Shown: positions 10,609 through 21,676, counted from the stretch's first letter. The stretch is 64,000 nt of DNA from Candidatus Poribacteria bacterium (GCA_963665235.2 CAXXLX010000001.1:2016001-2080000), one strand, 5' to 3'. Program-made: numbers and translations. The notes: generated by a model not told the origin, from the sequence alone.

Positions 10609-11331
10609 ATGAAACTGAAACCACCAACAATCATTGTCTTATGCTTGTCCTTTTTAATTATCGGCATCGTCTATTTCGTTACGCGCAATAGCGGCGGATT
10701 TAACCAGGGAGTTAACATCGAAAGCGAAGAGTTTAAAATGATCCGGACCCATGCAGCCGATGCTTTTAACGCAAAAAACTATAAACAGGCCATCCAACTT
10801 TATGAACAAGCACTGGAAATGCGACCAGAAAACGCTGAGGTTTACAATGACCTCGGAGCTGCCTACTATGAACTTGGACTCAAATACGCCGGACCGAAAT
10901 GGCCCTCCTGGGCAAGGCCCCTTTTTGGTGAATCCCTTGAAGGTGCGCTTGCAGCGTTAGAAGAGGGGATGAAGATAGTCGAATCCGGGTACATCGTCAT
11001 GGAAACCGATTCAGCAGAAATAGCGACGGCTATTGAAAAAAAGGCCAAAGAAAAGAATGTTGCCATCTACCCTCACTACGCAGCCAATCAGACGACATTG
11101 AATATCCTAATCGGACAAACAAAAGAGCATTTCGTAGAGGCGCGTTCGTTGTTCCTTCGGGCCTTAGAGTTGAAATCCAACCACGCCCCTGCATATCGAA
11201 ACCTTGGCTCCTATTACATGAAAATTGGTAAAACAGATAAAGCAATCAGCTATTATGAAGAGGCACAAGAGCTGGAGCCACGCGATGGGGAACTTGAGGA
11301 ATATCTTCACCAATTTCGCACTGGCTACTAA
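10609..11331 (+). CDS. Membrane-anchored tetratricopeptide repeat protein
   Basis: N-terminal TM helix; TPRs (AEVYNDLGAAYYELG, AYRNLGSYYMKIG). Confidence 0.85.
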   Translation: MKLKPPTIIVLCLSFLIIGIVYFVTRNSGGFNQGVNIESEEFKMIRTHAADAFNAKNYKQAIQLYEQALEMRPENAEVYNDLGAAYYELGLKYAGPKWPSWARPLFGESLEGALAALEEGMKIVESGYIVMETDSAEIATAIEKKAKEKNVAIYPHYAANQTTLNILIGQTKEHFVEARSLFLRALELKSNHAPAYRNLGSYYMKIGKTDKAISYYEEAQELEPRDGELEEYLHQFRTGY

Positions 11332-11468
11332 GCCCCTGCATGGGTAGCGCAAAGCGCAAGCTAAAAGTTTGCCATGTTTCGTCAAATTGTGTTATACTAA
11401 CATGAGTTTGGAAAAAGTTTCCCCTAGTAAGGCCGATATGTTTATAGAGGTTAACGTGAGCTTGGAAT

Positions 11469-14400
11469 ATGAATAGTCTAACACAAAAACGTTGCACCCG
11501 TTGCGGATTTATGAACCCAGCAGTTAAATTTTGTGGGAACTGCGGCATCGCGCTTGCGGAAAAAGACACACCGCTCACCGTAACGTCCCTCGGCAACGCC
11601 GAAAGAAGACAACTTACCGTGTTGTTCTGTGATGTTGTAGACTCAACATCCTTAACCGAACAGCTCGACCCGGAAGACCTACGAAAAGTCTTAGATGCCT
11701 ACCGGGCCGCTGTAGCGAAGGTCGTCCTCGGATATGATGGACACATCGCACGGTACTTCGGTGACGGCATCCTCGTCTATTTTGGCTACCCGATTGCACA
11801 TGAAGATACAACACGACGTGCTGTCCAAGCAGGGCTCGGTATTATCGCTGGGCTAGAAGAATTGAACTTGCTGCTAACGCAAACGCTCAGCCTCGATATC
11901 CACCTACAGGTCCGCGTGAGTATCAACACAGGGCTCGTTGTGGTGTGGAAAGTGGGAATGCCGGTCGCATCGGTAGAAAAACAGGGCCCCTATGGTACAA
12001 CTACAGAACTTCAAACCGAAGCGATAGATATCGTCGGAAAAACCCCAAATATCGCAGCACGCATGCAGCAAGCCGCCACACCAAACGCTATCGTTATTGG
12101 CGATACCACACTCAAACTCATCGAGGACTTTTTTACATACCGCGACCTCGGCACATTAAACGTCAAGGGAATTTCGCAACCGGTACCAATCTACGAAATA
12201 CTAGCGGAATACCCAGAAGGAGAGCGCCCCACATTCAGGCATCGAAATCTCGTGACCACACCCCAGCAACGTAGAGTCACACCCCTCATCGGACGAGGCA
12301 AAGAAGTTGATTTACTAGAAGAACGATGGAAACTTGCTGAAACATCACGCGGACAGGTCATACTGATTGAAGGCGAAGCCGGCATCGGAAAATCTCGCCT
12401 CGTCGCAGTCATTGCAGAACATGTAACCGATGCCAACGCACTCGTACTAGAATGCCGGGGGGCACCCGACTCACAAAACAGTCCACTGCATCCAATCCTT
12501 TTGCTGCTCCAACAGCAACTTTTTCAATTCAGCGGAATGGATACAGCCAGCACACGTCTGAAGAAACTCGAAGACTTTCTAACAACCCATCAACTCCCAG
12601 AAAATTTGCTACCGCTTCTCGCTGAACTTCTAGAAATAGAGGGCGACTACCATATACCCGTTTTGCCGCCTGAACAACGCAGACACAGAACGCTCGAAGC
12701 ACTCGTACAGCTACTCCTTAAAGTCGCCTCCCAAAGACCGCTTCTACTTATTGTCGAAGATATCCATTGGGCAGACCCATCAACATTGGCGTTTCTGCAC
12801 CTGCTCATCTCACGATTAGAAACCGCGCCCATCTTAGCAATCTTAACCTCGCGCGGTGAAATTGACATCAGACAAAATGTCAATCAAGCGGAAGGCAGAG
12901 CAAAACTCAAAACCCTTTCACAGCTGGAATGGGTCACAGCGATGCCCTTGAAACGGTTGACACCAAATCAGGTCTCAAAAATGATTGCGGGAGTCGCAGG
13001 TGAACAAAAAATACCGACAACCGTTTCTGAACAGATTGCTGACAAAACCGAAGGCGTACCCCTCTTTGTGGAAGAATTAACACGGATGGCACTCGAATCT
13101 GACCTAAACAGTGGAGACATCCTAACCGAAATACCTGCAACCTTGCAAGCCTCACTGACCGCACGGCTAGACCGACTCGGTACCCGAAAAGAAATTGTAC
13201 AGCTAGGCGCAACACTCGGCAGAGAATGGCCCGCAGGACTCCTCTATAAAGTCATTCTCAGTATCGTTCAAGAATCCGAAATGCCCGGCGAATCCCTAGA
13301 AGACTCCACTGCACTAACTAACGTCCAACCTTTTCTCGCCCGAAACGGAAACCTCACATGGCTTGAGAAGGAATTACAGCAGCTTGTAGAAGCCGAAATC
13401 CTGAATTGCAGACAGATACATGAAAGTGAACAACGTTACACCTTCAAACACCCGCTGTTCCGGGAAACCGCTTACCAATCCTTGCTAAAAAGCACACGAC
13501 AAGGGTATCACCGCAGAATCGCAACAGTCCTTATGAAGGAATTCCAGAAAGACGTTCGCACACAACCGGAGCTAGTAGCATATCACTATACAGAGGGAGA
13601 ACTTCCCGAACGCGCCATCGAATATTGGCAACTTGCAGGACGACGGGCCCTCGAACGCTCAGCAAATGTGGAAGGGGCACGACATCTGAGGCAAGGGTTG
13701 ACGCTGTTGAAAACTTTACCTGAAACACCCGCACGCGCTGCACGCGAGCTCGTACTCCAAACAACATTGGGCCCCGCGCTCATTGCAACGAAGGGGTACG
13801 CCGCCATCGAAGTGGAAACGACCTATACGCGCGCAAAAGCACTGCTGGAGACGATGCCCAATAGCGAACGCATGCCCCTCCGATTTCCTATCCTATTTGG
13901 GTTATGGCTCTACTATCTCGTCGGCGCAAAATTGAAAACCGCACGCGAAATCGGAGAACAGTGTCTTATTATGGCAAAACAGCAGAAAGATGCTGTCCTA
14001 GAGGTAGAAGCACATCGCGCACTAGGCGCAACACTCTATTACCTCGGCGAATTCAAAATGGCACAAGCACACGTCGAAGCAGGAATCTCACTTTACGACC
14101 CACACCAACATCCAGTCCACGCTTTCTTCCATTATTTGGCTGACCCCGGCATGACTTTGTGCTCTTATGCTGCACCCCTGATGTGGTGCCTCGGATTTCC
14201 TGAAAAAGCCGTAGCACGACTTCAAGAAGCAGAACGGATGAGTCAGGAAAGACCCCACCCATTTAGTCAAGTCGTCTCCCTCCATTTTGGTGCACTGCTT
14301 TATCAACAACGCCGAAATAGAGAGAAGGTCAACGAATACGCTACAAAACTCCTCTCAATTTGCAAGGAATACGGTTTCTCTGTCTGGGAACCGACAGGCA

Positions 14401-14936
14401 AAATCATGAAAGGATGGGCAATTCAGCACAACCCCGAAACTCACGACGAAACCGGAATAAACCTAATCCGTGAAGGAATCACAGGATGGGAATCCAATCA
14501 TGCCCAGGTACTACGACCCGTTTATCTTAGCCTCCTTGCACAAGCTTACGAACTTGTCGGAAAAGTAGACGAAGCTCTCCAAGTCGTTGACAAAGCCCTC
14601 AACGCCGTCGCTGAAAGTGGAGAACGCACAAACGAGGCAGAACTCTATCGACTCAAAGCCGTGCTCCTCCTCAAATCGGAAGAGGTACGCCCCGAAAATG
14701 TCTACGAGGTTGCCAAAGCCTATTTCGAAAAATCTCTAACCATCGCACGGCAGCAAAACGCGAAATCATGGGAACTCCGAACCGCTGTCAGCCTCAGCAG
14801 GCTCCTCATAACCCAAAACCAACACCAGACGGCCCAGGCACGGCTACAACCTATCTATCAGCAATTCACCGAAGGCTTTGAAACAGTTGACCTGACCGAA
14901 GCACGAGACCTACTTCAAACCTTAAACGGAGGGTAA
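11469..14936 (+). CDS. Zinc ribbon + class III adenylate/guanylate cyclase + AAA ATPase + TPR-like protein
   Basis: CxxC...FCxxCG; ERRQLTVLFCDVVDST, YFGDGI, PNIAARMQ; Walker A GEAGIGKS; EDIHWAD; C-terminal ELRTAVSL. Confidence 0.92.
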   Translation: MNSLTQKRCTRCGFMNPAVKFCGNCGIALAEKDTPLTVTSLGNAERRQLTVLFCDVVDSTSLTEQLDPEDLRKVLDAYRAAVAKVVLGYDGHIARYFGDGILVYFGYPIAHEDTTRRAVQAGLGIIAGLEELNLLLTQTLSLDIHLQVRVSINTGLVVVWKVGMPVASVEKQGPYGTTTELQTEAIDIVGKTPNIAARMQQAATPNAIVIGDTTLKLIEDFFTYRDLGTLNVKGISQPVPIYEILAEYPEGERPTFRHRNLVTTPQQRRVTPLIGRGKEVDLLEERWKLAETSRGQVILIEGEAGIGKSRLVAVIAEHVTDANALVLECRGAPDSQNSPLHPILLLLQQQLFQFSGMDTASTRLKKLEDFLTTHQLPENLLPLLAELLEIEGDYHIPVLPPEQRRHRTLEALVQLLLKVASQRPLLLIVEDIHWADPSTLAFLHLLISRLETAPILAILTSRGEIDIRQNVNQAEGRAKLKTLSQLEWVTAMPLKRLTPNQVSKMIAGVAGEQKIPTTVSEQIADKTEGVPLFVEELTRMALESDLNSGDILTEIPATLQASLTARLDRLGTRKEIVQLGATLGREWPAGLLYKVILSIVQESEMPGESLEDSTALTNVQPFLARNGNLTWLEKELQQLVEAEILNCRQIHESEQRYTFKHPLFRETAYQSLLKSTRQGYHRRIATVLMKEFQKDVRTQPELVAYHYTEGELPERAIEYWQLAGRRALERSANVEGARHLRQGLTLLKTLPETPARAARELVLQTTLGPALIATKGYAAIEVETTYTRAKALLETMPNSERMPLRFPILFGLWLYYLVGAKLKTAREIGEQCLIMAKQQKDAVLEVEAHRALGATLYYLGEFKMAQAHVEAGISLYDPHQHPVHAFFHYLADPGMTLCSYAAPLMWCLGFPEKAVARLQEAERMSQERPHPFSQVVSLHFGALLYQQRRNREKVNEYATKLLSICKEYGFSVWEPTGKIMKGWAIQHNPETHDETGINLIREGITGWESNHAQVLRPVYLSLLAQAYELVGKVDEALQVVDKALNAVAESGERTNEAELYRLKAVLLLKSEEVRPENVYEVAKAYFEKSLTIARQQNAKSWELRTAVSLSRLLITQNQHQTAQARLQPIYQQFTEGFETVDLTEARDLLQTLNGG

Positions 14937-14941
14937 ATGTC

Positions 14942-15802
14942 ATGAGACTTGGCGTTGTTGGCATGTGCAGCGACTTCCGAACGCTCAATCAGAAAGAGAT
15001 TGAAGCGATACAGAAATTGAGGTTTACCGGCGTAAGCTATCATTTCGCCAGCGCAAATATTCCGAACGTTTCATCCGAAGAATGTACGCGATGTCGTTTT
15101 CTCCTTGAAAAAGCTGGGCTAGAGCTGGTACAATTTGGTATAACATATACAGCGTGCCTATTCGATTCGAGGGCCTCTGTCCGTGAAGAAGCAATTGCGG
15201 CAGTGAACTGTGGAATGCCAGTCGCACGAGAACTCGGCGCACACTTTTACCTCTTTCGACCAGGCAGCCTAAACCCTGATGGCGCGTGGACATCCCATAA
15301 GGATAACCACCTGCCCGAATCGATGGAACGGTTAATCGAAACCTTAAAACCCATCGCCGAAAACGCAGAACGCGAAGAAATTACGCTCGTCATGGAAACG
15401 CACGCTATCTCTATTATGGACTCGCCTGAAACGTGCCGAGCCGTCGTTGAGAAAGTAGGCTCCGAGCGGCTTCGCATCGTCATGGATTTTGTTAATCATT
15501 TCCAGACGCTCCGGCAGGTCTATCAAAGCGAAGCGCGGCTCAATCATATTTTTGATGTTATGGGCCCAATCGCACCTATGGCGCACATTAAGGACATCCG
15601 CGTCGAAAACGGATTAGTCCTACATCTCAATGAGGAAGTACCCGGCGAAGGAGAATTGGCGTTAAATGTAGCACTCAAGCGGTTTGACGCACTCCACCCG
15701 GATGGATACGGATTAATAGAACATCTGCCGATGGAGAAAATTCCGCTCGCAAATACAAATGTCCGCAAAATTGCAGCCGAAAATGGAATTAAAATTTACT
15801 AA
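14942..15802 (+). CDS. Sugar phosphate isomerase/epimerase (TIM barrel)
   Basis: LVMETH, MDFVN, AHIKD, LIEH metal-binding pattern. Confidence 0.85.
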   Translation: MRLGVVGMCSDFRTLNQKEIEAIQKLRFTGVSYHFASANIPNVSSEECTRCRFLLEKAGLELVQFGITYTACLFDSRASVREEAIAAVNCGMPVARELGAHFYLFRPGSLNPDGAWTSHKDNHLPESMERLIETLKPIAENAEREEITLVMETHAISIMDSPETCRAVVEKVGSERLRIVMDFVNHFQTLRQVYQSEARLNHIFDVMGPIAPMAHIKDIRVENGLVLHLNEEVPGEGELALNVALKRFDALHPDGYGLIEHLPMEKIPLANTNVRKIAAENGIKIY

Positions 15803-15816
15803 CTGGAGGTTGTATC

Positions 15817-18210
15817 ATGTTAAAGAAAAGACAGCTTATACTGCTAATTCTTATCGTAGGCATGCTGTTCCTAACCTACCAAGCGATTGGACAGGAAGAA
15901 GGTATCGCCGACGATTTGGAAGATGGAGCAAGAAGCATTTGGGACCGAATCAAGTTTCCCATTTTTGTCGCCATCGCAATGTTCGTCTTCCACGGCATCG
16001 CTTATCTTGTACGTTTGTTTAAGAAAGATAGGCTGCTTAAGGCTCTTATGAACAAATACGTGGTGTTTCACATGAAAAATGGACACCGCTATCACGGAAC
16101 GATGCGTTTGGATATCAAAGGGGCAGAAATTGTCTCTGAAGAATCCAGACAACGTGGACAAGCCCCAAGTTATATCTTTAGCAAGGGACAGTTAGAAAGC
16201 GGAATCGGTGCCTATATCCGCTATCTAGACACAATGAATGACCGTGAAAAGCGGGAACGCGCTTGGGAGCTCGAACATCTGCTTAATCCGCCTCTCTATC
16301 AGCGAATGGTTCGAAAAACGAGAAACATGTTCATCGAACTGAATGGCGCAGTCAGAAACGCAATGAATATGATCTGGAGCGGAATCAATCGAGCCACTAA
16401 ACCCATGCAACAACACCTAGAACGTATTGATGCAGCAGCCGCAGAATATGGCGGGCAAGGCGGGCAGGCAATGGGCACCCTGAAACAGGTGGAAGCCGAA
16501 TCTAAAGACTTTTTGAACGAAGAAAGTTACGAAAGAATTATCGAACGGCTCGTCGGAACACGGGTCAAAATCCAGGTGAAGGATGTTAACAACGCCAACG
16601 GAGAATACATAGCTCTTTTCAAAGATTACAATGAAAAGTACATGGTCTTCATGAATGTAAAAGATAAGAATAATAATGGATTCAGAGACCAATGGAGTTA
16701 TGAGCACGAATACAAACACAATATTAACAACTTTAACCGGCGCGATGACCGAGGTCTCAGGTGCCGAATGGTAGAAGAGGAAGGCAAATACTTTATTGTC
16801 TTTGAAAACAATACCGCTTATACCATACAGGTTGGCAACATTGTTCTGCACGATGGCTCCCCGAATTGGAATAGAAACCTTGAGTTTAAGTGGCACATCG
16901 AACCGCTCAGCGTCCGAAGGCTTCAACTCAATCCGGTGTCGCATCATCGAGTCGGACCCTTCGAACGGGTTTCAACGCCTGAACATCGAACGCCAAGAAA
17001 CTTTAAGAAGATAAGAGTAGAATTTCGCTCCTTCCGGGATGCGGATGTTATTTTCCCCCGTCCGCTCTGCCGTATTATTGAAAGTGCGGAAAAACGTCAA
17101 ATCGAAATGTTCAGCATATCCTCTTTGACAGATGTTATGCTTGACCGGAGTGAAGTAGAAGAAGTTCCACTCCAAGATGCTGAGGGACGCCCCATCCACG
17201 GACTGAACCTCGTTCATGGGTATGTCACCAACGTCAATGAGGACCGAATTGACCTCAAGACAATCGATTCCAGCTACAACCGACGTTGGGAAGTTGAAGG
17301 GGCTTATGAGCGTTTTAACACGGCACTTCTCCATCGGATGCCTATCCATCAGAAGATTATTCCGTTTTACCGAAACCGCATCATCGCACAAAATACGCTT
17401 GTCACGCAGATGACAGAAAACCAACTACAGAAGGAGCTCTTCTCACAATTCACCTATCCGCGTAAGGTGAAAAAACGGTTAAGGGTGCCTTTCCTCAAAA
17501 AATTGTTGCCAAACAACGACCTCCGGCTCCCAGTCAAGGTCATGGCACTTACGGGCAACGGCACAAATGAAGAGTTCTCCACCTTAGAGCAGTTTGAATA
17601 CGTTCACGAGCATCACATGCTTTATGAAGCTGTCAACAATCTACGCAATGACCGGCTCGCCAAAATGAACATCTTGTGGATAGGAAATGGGGAAATCTAC
17701 AAGTCCGGCTACCGGCTCAATATCGACTCGGAACACCGAATCAAAAATTTCGTCAGCCAGGGTGGTGTCGTCATCGTCTCTGGGCAGGATGTCAAGACAA
17801 ACGTCAGACAGCGACGCGGCGCAGGGTGGATTCCTATACCGTTGACCGGAATAGAATACGATGAAACAGATGAACTCCTGCCAACCTTGCAAGGGAGAAG
17901 GAGCCGAGTCTTTCATACGCCGAATGTCCTGAATACCACACCGGACACGAAAGAAATTCCGTTAGTCCGCCTCGACGATATGTGGGTGGACCCGCTCGGT
18001 AAATGGAATTCGCTCGCGAAAACGGCAGCACAAGATGCATCCGCACTGCTTACACTGCCATTCCAGCAAGGGTTATACATCGTCACAAGCTTGAAAAATG
18101 ACACCCAGCGGGATACGCAAATTAACAGCAAATTGATGGAAAATCTGTTACATTTCTCTGTGAGGTGGTTGGATAACCAGAAATGGAAACAACAGTTCCG
18201 ACTCCGCTAA
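15817..18210 (+). CDS. Hypothetical membrane-anchored protein (797 aa)
   Basis: Long ORF with GGAGG RBS; signal peptide plus TM helix; C-terminal region resembles a class I GATase-like fold (FVSQGGVVIVSGQ). Confidence 0.8.
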   Translation: MLKKRQLILLILIVGMLFLTYQAIGQEEGIADDLEDGARSIWDRIKFPIFVAIAMFVFHGIAYLVRLFKKDRLLKALMNKYVVFHMKNGHRYHGTMRLDIKGAEIVSEESRQRGQAPSYIFSKGQLESGIGAYIRYLDTMNDREKRERAWELEHLLNPPLYQRMVRKTRNMFIELNGAVRNAMNMIWSGINRATKPMQQHLERIDAAAAEYGGQGGQAMGTLKQVEAESKDFLNEESYERIIERLVGTRVKIQVKDVNNANGEYIALFKDYNEKYMVFMNVKDKNNNGFRDQWSYEHEYKHNINNFNRRDDRGLRCRMVEEEGKYFIVFENNTAYTIQVGNIVLHDGSPNWNRNLEFKWHIEPLSVRRLQLNPVSHHRVGPFERVSTPEHRTPRNFKKIRVEFRSFRDADVIFPRPLCRIIESAEKRQIEMFSISSLTDVMLDRSEVEEVPLQDAEGRPIHGLNLVHGYVTNVNEDRIDLKTIDSSYNRRWEVEGAYERFNTALLHRMPIHQKIIPFYRNRIIAQNTLVTQMTENQLQKELFSQFTYPRKVKKRLRVPFLKKLLPNNDLRLPVKVMALTGNGTNEEFSTLEQFEYVHEHHMLYEAVNNLRNDRLAKMNILWIGNGEIYKSGYRLNIDSEHRIKNFVSQGGVVIVSGQDVKTNVRQRRGAGWIPIPLTGIEYDETDELLPTLQGRRSRVFHTPNVLNTTPDTKEIPLVRLDDMWVDPLGKWNSLAKTAAQDASALLTLPFQQGLYIVTSLKNDTQRDTQINSKLMENLLHFSVRWLDNQKWKQQFRLR

Positions 18211-18232
18211 TTGAGCAAACTGTGTGGGTTGT

Positions 18233-18352
18233 TAGGCATTATAATGATTTAATCAGCGTATGGCTGTGAAGTAGGGTTCCAAAGCGGGCGGGGAAACCCC
18301 GCCCCTACGCACCGAAACTGCTAACGCGGACTAGCTTCGCTTGATAACGTCT
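18233..18352. mobile_element. MITE-like element containing a GTAG REP; inverted homolog of 54346-54513
   Basis: Shares cattataatgatttaatcag and caaagcgggcggggaaaccccgcccctac...aactgctaac with the 54.4 kb copy. Confidence 0.7.
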
Positions 18353-18360
18353 CGCGCGGT

Positions 18361-21300
18361 TTACTTTTTACCTGCTTTTGGTACTTTTTGTCTCGGTTTC
18401 GTTTTTTCTGCCGTCTTTATTATCTCCGCCATTTTCTCGAAATTTTCACCCAATTCCTTATAAGATTTCATAAACTCATCCATCTGTTCCGAAAGGGTAG
18501 GCACCTTTCCTTCATCTGTCGTGTCATCAGGAGAGGCAGGCTCGAGCTTCTGTCCGACTTCAATTGCTTTTTCAACAGCCTTCTGAAAACTGACATCAGA
18601 CGCGAGGGTGTCATTCGCTACAACGGCGACCTCTAAAAGCATAGGTCGTTTTGGGCGTTCATCTTCCTCCTCCCCTGCATCCGGCTTTTTATAGATTGCC
18701 TCAACGTAAAAAATACCTTCATGCATCGGTATGAAATATAAACCTGAGCGCATGACAACATTTCCTGTTATCGCGTTTAAGAATGTCTCGGAGAGTTCAC
18801 TAGTAATCGTGTCCTCTACGTTCTTTGGGCCTTTGATTTCAGGCGTATTCGTAATTGTATAGACGAGGCGTTCGCCATAGTGCGGCGGATCACAACGTGC
18901 GACCAGCCAAGCTTTCATATTCAGCTCTCTTTTCGAGGGTGTAAACGGAATCATATTGACAAATTCCATCCGTTCCTCACCGGGCAGCCGAATCATCGCA
19001 TAATACGGCATCATCTCCTGATCATCCTTCCAGACTATACTACCGTTGGGCATTTTTTTACCGTTGCCATAAACCTCTTTTGGAATTTTCAACTGCCTCC
19101 CTTTTCCGTGAAAAGTGAGGGCATTTTCAACGTGATAATCGTTATATATCTTGGATTGGATACGCGTCAGATAGTCCGGAAAGCGCAGGTGTGCTCGTAA
19201 ACCCTCTGGCATCTGCTCAAACCCTTTAAAGAGATTAGGAAACGCTTTTTGGTAGGTAGCCATAATTGCTTCATTGTCCTTAACCGCATAGAAATTCACC
19301 TCACCTGAAAACGCATTAACGGTGGCCACCCCGGAATTTCGAATGTAATTGAACCTTTCAAAACGACGTTCCGCCTCTTGAAAAGCATCCGGCACCTCTG
19401 CCGTATCATCGTCATAGAATTGCGCATTCGGATACCATTTACTTGTAACATAAAAATCCACAATCCACCAGAGTTGCCCATTGTCTATAACGATATAGGG
19501 GTCCGGATCATAATCAAGGAAAGGCGCGATATGCGAAATCCGATCGACGACTACCTTCTGACCCCGGCGTGTTCCAATTTTTCGCCGAAACATGATACGG
19601 CTCTCTGAGGACAGCACCGCCTCTTTATTATAGATAATTTGCAAGTCCCGGAAGCGAATTGAAAAAAGCAGCCGACGGGGCCACCCGATTAACTGAACCC
19701 CCCCTGTCCCTTCATAGTGATACTCATTAATCTCCTCGGTTTCAACGTCATACTCACCCACTTTCGTGTTAACGACAACATACTCGTTCGTCATCTCACC
19801 GTAGTATATCCGAGGCTGTGTCACCGCTAGTTCTGGATAAACCGAGCTTGTCTGATTTTTGAGTTTTTTCGGGTCCAATTTAACCTCTGTCCAAAAAACT
19901 GGGTACTTCTCATCAACCATATTGACAGGAACCGTATACACGCCATAGCCATGCGTAAAGTGGAGTTTCCTTGTTCGCCAATTACCTCGTCTCCCTTGAA
20001 CATCGGGGTCGGGTTCAATCTCGCGTGCCGCAATTAGCACTTGTCTGTATTGTTCGGTAAATTCAGCACTTTCACCGTCACTCTCTTCAGAAGGCGTAAC
20101 AGCCTCCCTTATACGATACCGGTCAATATCGGTATAGGGGTAAAAATTATGATGCTTCACTAGGTGCTCTGCGCGAAGCACGTCATAGAGCACACGTCGG
20201 TCCCAGAGTTGAACGTTCTCCAGGACCTCTCTATTTTCGGCCTGATTCACCAGTTCAATTGTCGCTTCCCCTGCGGTATATTTTTTCTCCGTGATAGTAT
20301 CTAAATCGAAAGCAGCACGCGTAGAGGCGATGTGTTTCTCCAAGTGCTCCCCTTCGAACGTGAGTTCATCCCCCTGAACGTTTACAAAGTGCAATACGCG
20401 CGGGTAAACGTGTATGAGTGACACATAACTTACACCCCACACCGCTATTGCAACGTACCACAGAAGCCGTCTGCGCCAGAAAAGGTTAATTACAACCACT
20501 GCGCCAATACCAAGAAGAACCCCACAATAGACCAGCGTCGAACCGACTAGCAAGTCATCCATATAGAACAATCCAGACAACTTACTCAGCGTAGGAGTCG
20601 CAGACTTCGTGTACACCTTACCCCACAAATTCACATGGGCCCGCCAAATTCCAACCGCCAATAACACCAACCACAAGATAGAACCGTGCAACACAATATT
20701 TCTTTTTGCATACGTCTTAGAACGATTATCGCGACGATAGTAAAAATTATAAAGTAACCCCAAAACTATGCAGGTTACCCATAACAGAATCTCCACCCAA
20801 AGACTTACCGATTTATGAATAGGATAGGAGAACAGATAAAAATTTACGTCTTTTCCAAAAAAGCGCGGCTCTGTCGTAACGTTTTGATTATCTGCCGGTA
20901 CCGTTGTCCCACCCTGATTATTTTCCTGTTCTGTTGCGTCTTCGTTCTCCTCCTGTTCAGTTACAACGTCTTCGTTCCCTTCCTGTTCTGTTGCGTCTTC
21001 GTTCCCTTCCTGCTCAGCTACAACGTCTTCGTTATTTTCAAGCTCCGGATTAGCCAGGGTAGTTTCTACTACCTTCGGCTGATTCAGGTAGCGGATAAAG
21101 TCATTCTGTAGGGACACCATCGGGATAGCAAAGAGGACCGCTATAATCACACTACCGAAAAAGAACACGCGATGAAATGAAACAGTCCGCTCACGGGTTC
21201 GGCGTGCCAATTGCCCCGGCTCCGGGCAAAGCCAATTAGCTATTAAAGCATTGATATTCATGAACCCTACGGCAACCAAGAAGAATACGGCAAAGACACC

Positions 21301-21567
21301 CCAGCGTACCTTCCGGATAGTCCAAAAAGTATTATCATACCCAACAGTTTCGAAAAACCAAAGGTGTTCCGTATAAAGATATGAAAACGGAAAAGCACTG
21401 CTCACCAGCGCAACACCGCCTATTCCCCAAAGCAGATACGCCTGAAACTTCAGAGAAGCCTTCCGAAGCCAGATACCCCGTCGGTACCGAAAAATACCCC
21501 ATACCAACGTAAGACCCGCAAGAAAAACATTGAAAATTAACCAGGCAATCGAAAAATCTGATGTCAT
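18361..21567 (-). CDS. UPF0182-family membrane protein
   Basis: Multi-TM N-terminal half; FTHGYG, QPRIYYGE, IAPFLDYDPDPY, FNYIRNS, PYYAM motifs. Confidence 0.92.
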   Translation of the reverse strand: MTSDFSIAWLIFNVFLAGLTLVWGIFRYRRGIWLRKASLKFQAYLLWGIGGVALVSSAFPFSYLYTEHLWFFETVGYDNTFWTIRKVRWGVFAVFFLVAVGFMNINALIANWLCPEPGQLARRTRERTVSFHRVFFFGSVIIAVLFAIPMVSLQNDFIRYLNQPKVVETTLANPELENNEDVVAEQEGNEDATEQEGNEDVVTEQEENEDATEQENNQGGTTVPADNQNVTTEPRFFGKDVNFYLFSYPIHKSVSLWVEILLWVTCIVLGLLYNFYYRRDNRSKTYAKRNIVLHGSILWLVLLAVGIWRAHVNLWGKVYTKSATPTLSKLSGLFYMDDLLVGSTLVYCGVLLGIGAVVVINLFWRRRLLWYVAIAVWGVSYVSLIHVYPRVLHFVNVQGDELTFEGEHLEKHIASTRAAFDLDTITEKKYTAGEATIELVNQAENREVLENVQLWDRRVLYDVLRAEHLVKHHNFYPYTDIDRYRIREAVTPSEESDGESAEFTEQYRQVLIAAREIEPDPDVQGRRGNWRTRKLHFTHGYGVYTVPVNMVDEKYPVFWTEVKLDPKKLKNQTSSVYPELAVTQPRIYYGEMTNEYVVVNTKVGEYDVETEEINEYHYEGTGGVQLIGWPRRLLFSIRFRDLQIIYNKEAVLSSESRIMFRRKIGTRRGQKVVVDRISHIAPFLDYDPDPYIVIDNGQLWWIVDFYVTSKWYPNAQFYDDDTAEVPDAFQEAERRFERFNYIRNSGVATVNAFSGEVNFYAVKDNEAIMATYQKAFPNLFKGFEQMPEGLRAHLRFPDYLTRIQSKIYNDYHVENALTFHGKGRQLKIPKEVYGNGKKMPNGSIVWKDDQEMMPYYAMIRLPGEERMEFVNMIPFTPSKRELNMKAWLVARCDPPHYGERLVYTITNTPEIKGPKNVEDTITSELSETFLNAITGNVVMRSGLYFIPMHEGIFYVEAIYKKPDAGEEEDERPKRPMLLEVAVVANDTLASDVSFQKAVEKAIEVGQKLEPASPDDTTDEGKVPTLSEQMDEFMKSYKELGENFEKMAEIIKTAEKTKPRQKVPKAGKK
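20925..21035 (-). repeat. Coding tandem repeat (alternating 30/27 bp units) inside the UPF0182 gene
   Basis: Encodes NEDVVAEQEG-NEDATEQEG-NEDVVTEQEE-NEDATEQEN. Confidence 0.85.
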
Positions 21568-21676
21568 AACAAAATCCTCTTTTATTCAACTTAGAATTGC
21601 GGCCCCAAACATTAATGCTTACAGCAGTTTTATCAAATCAAAACGTATCAGCTAACTGCCAATAGCCACTTAAAAT

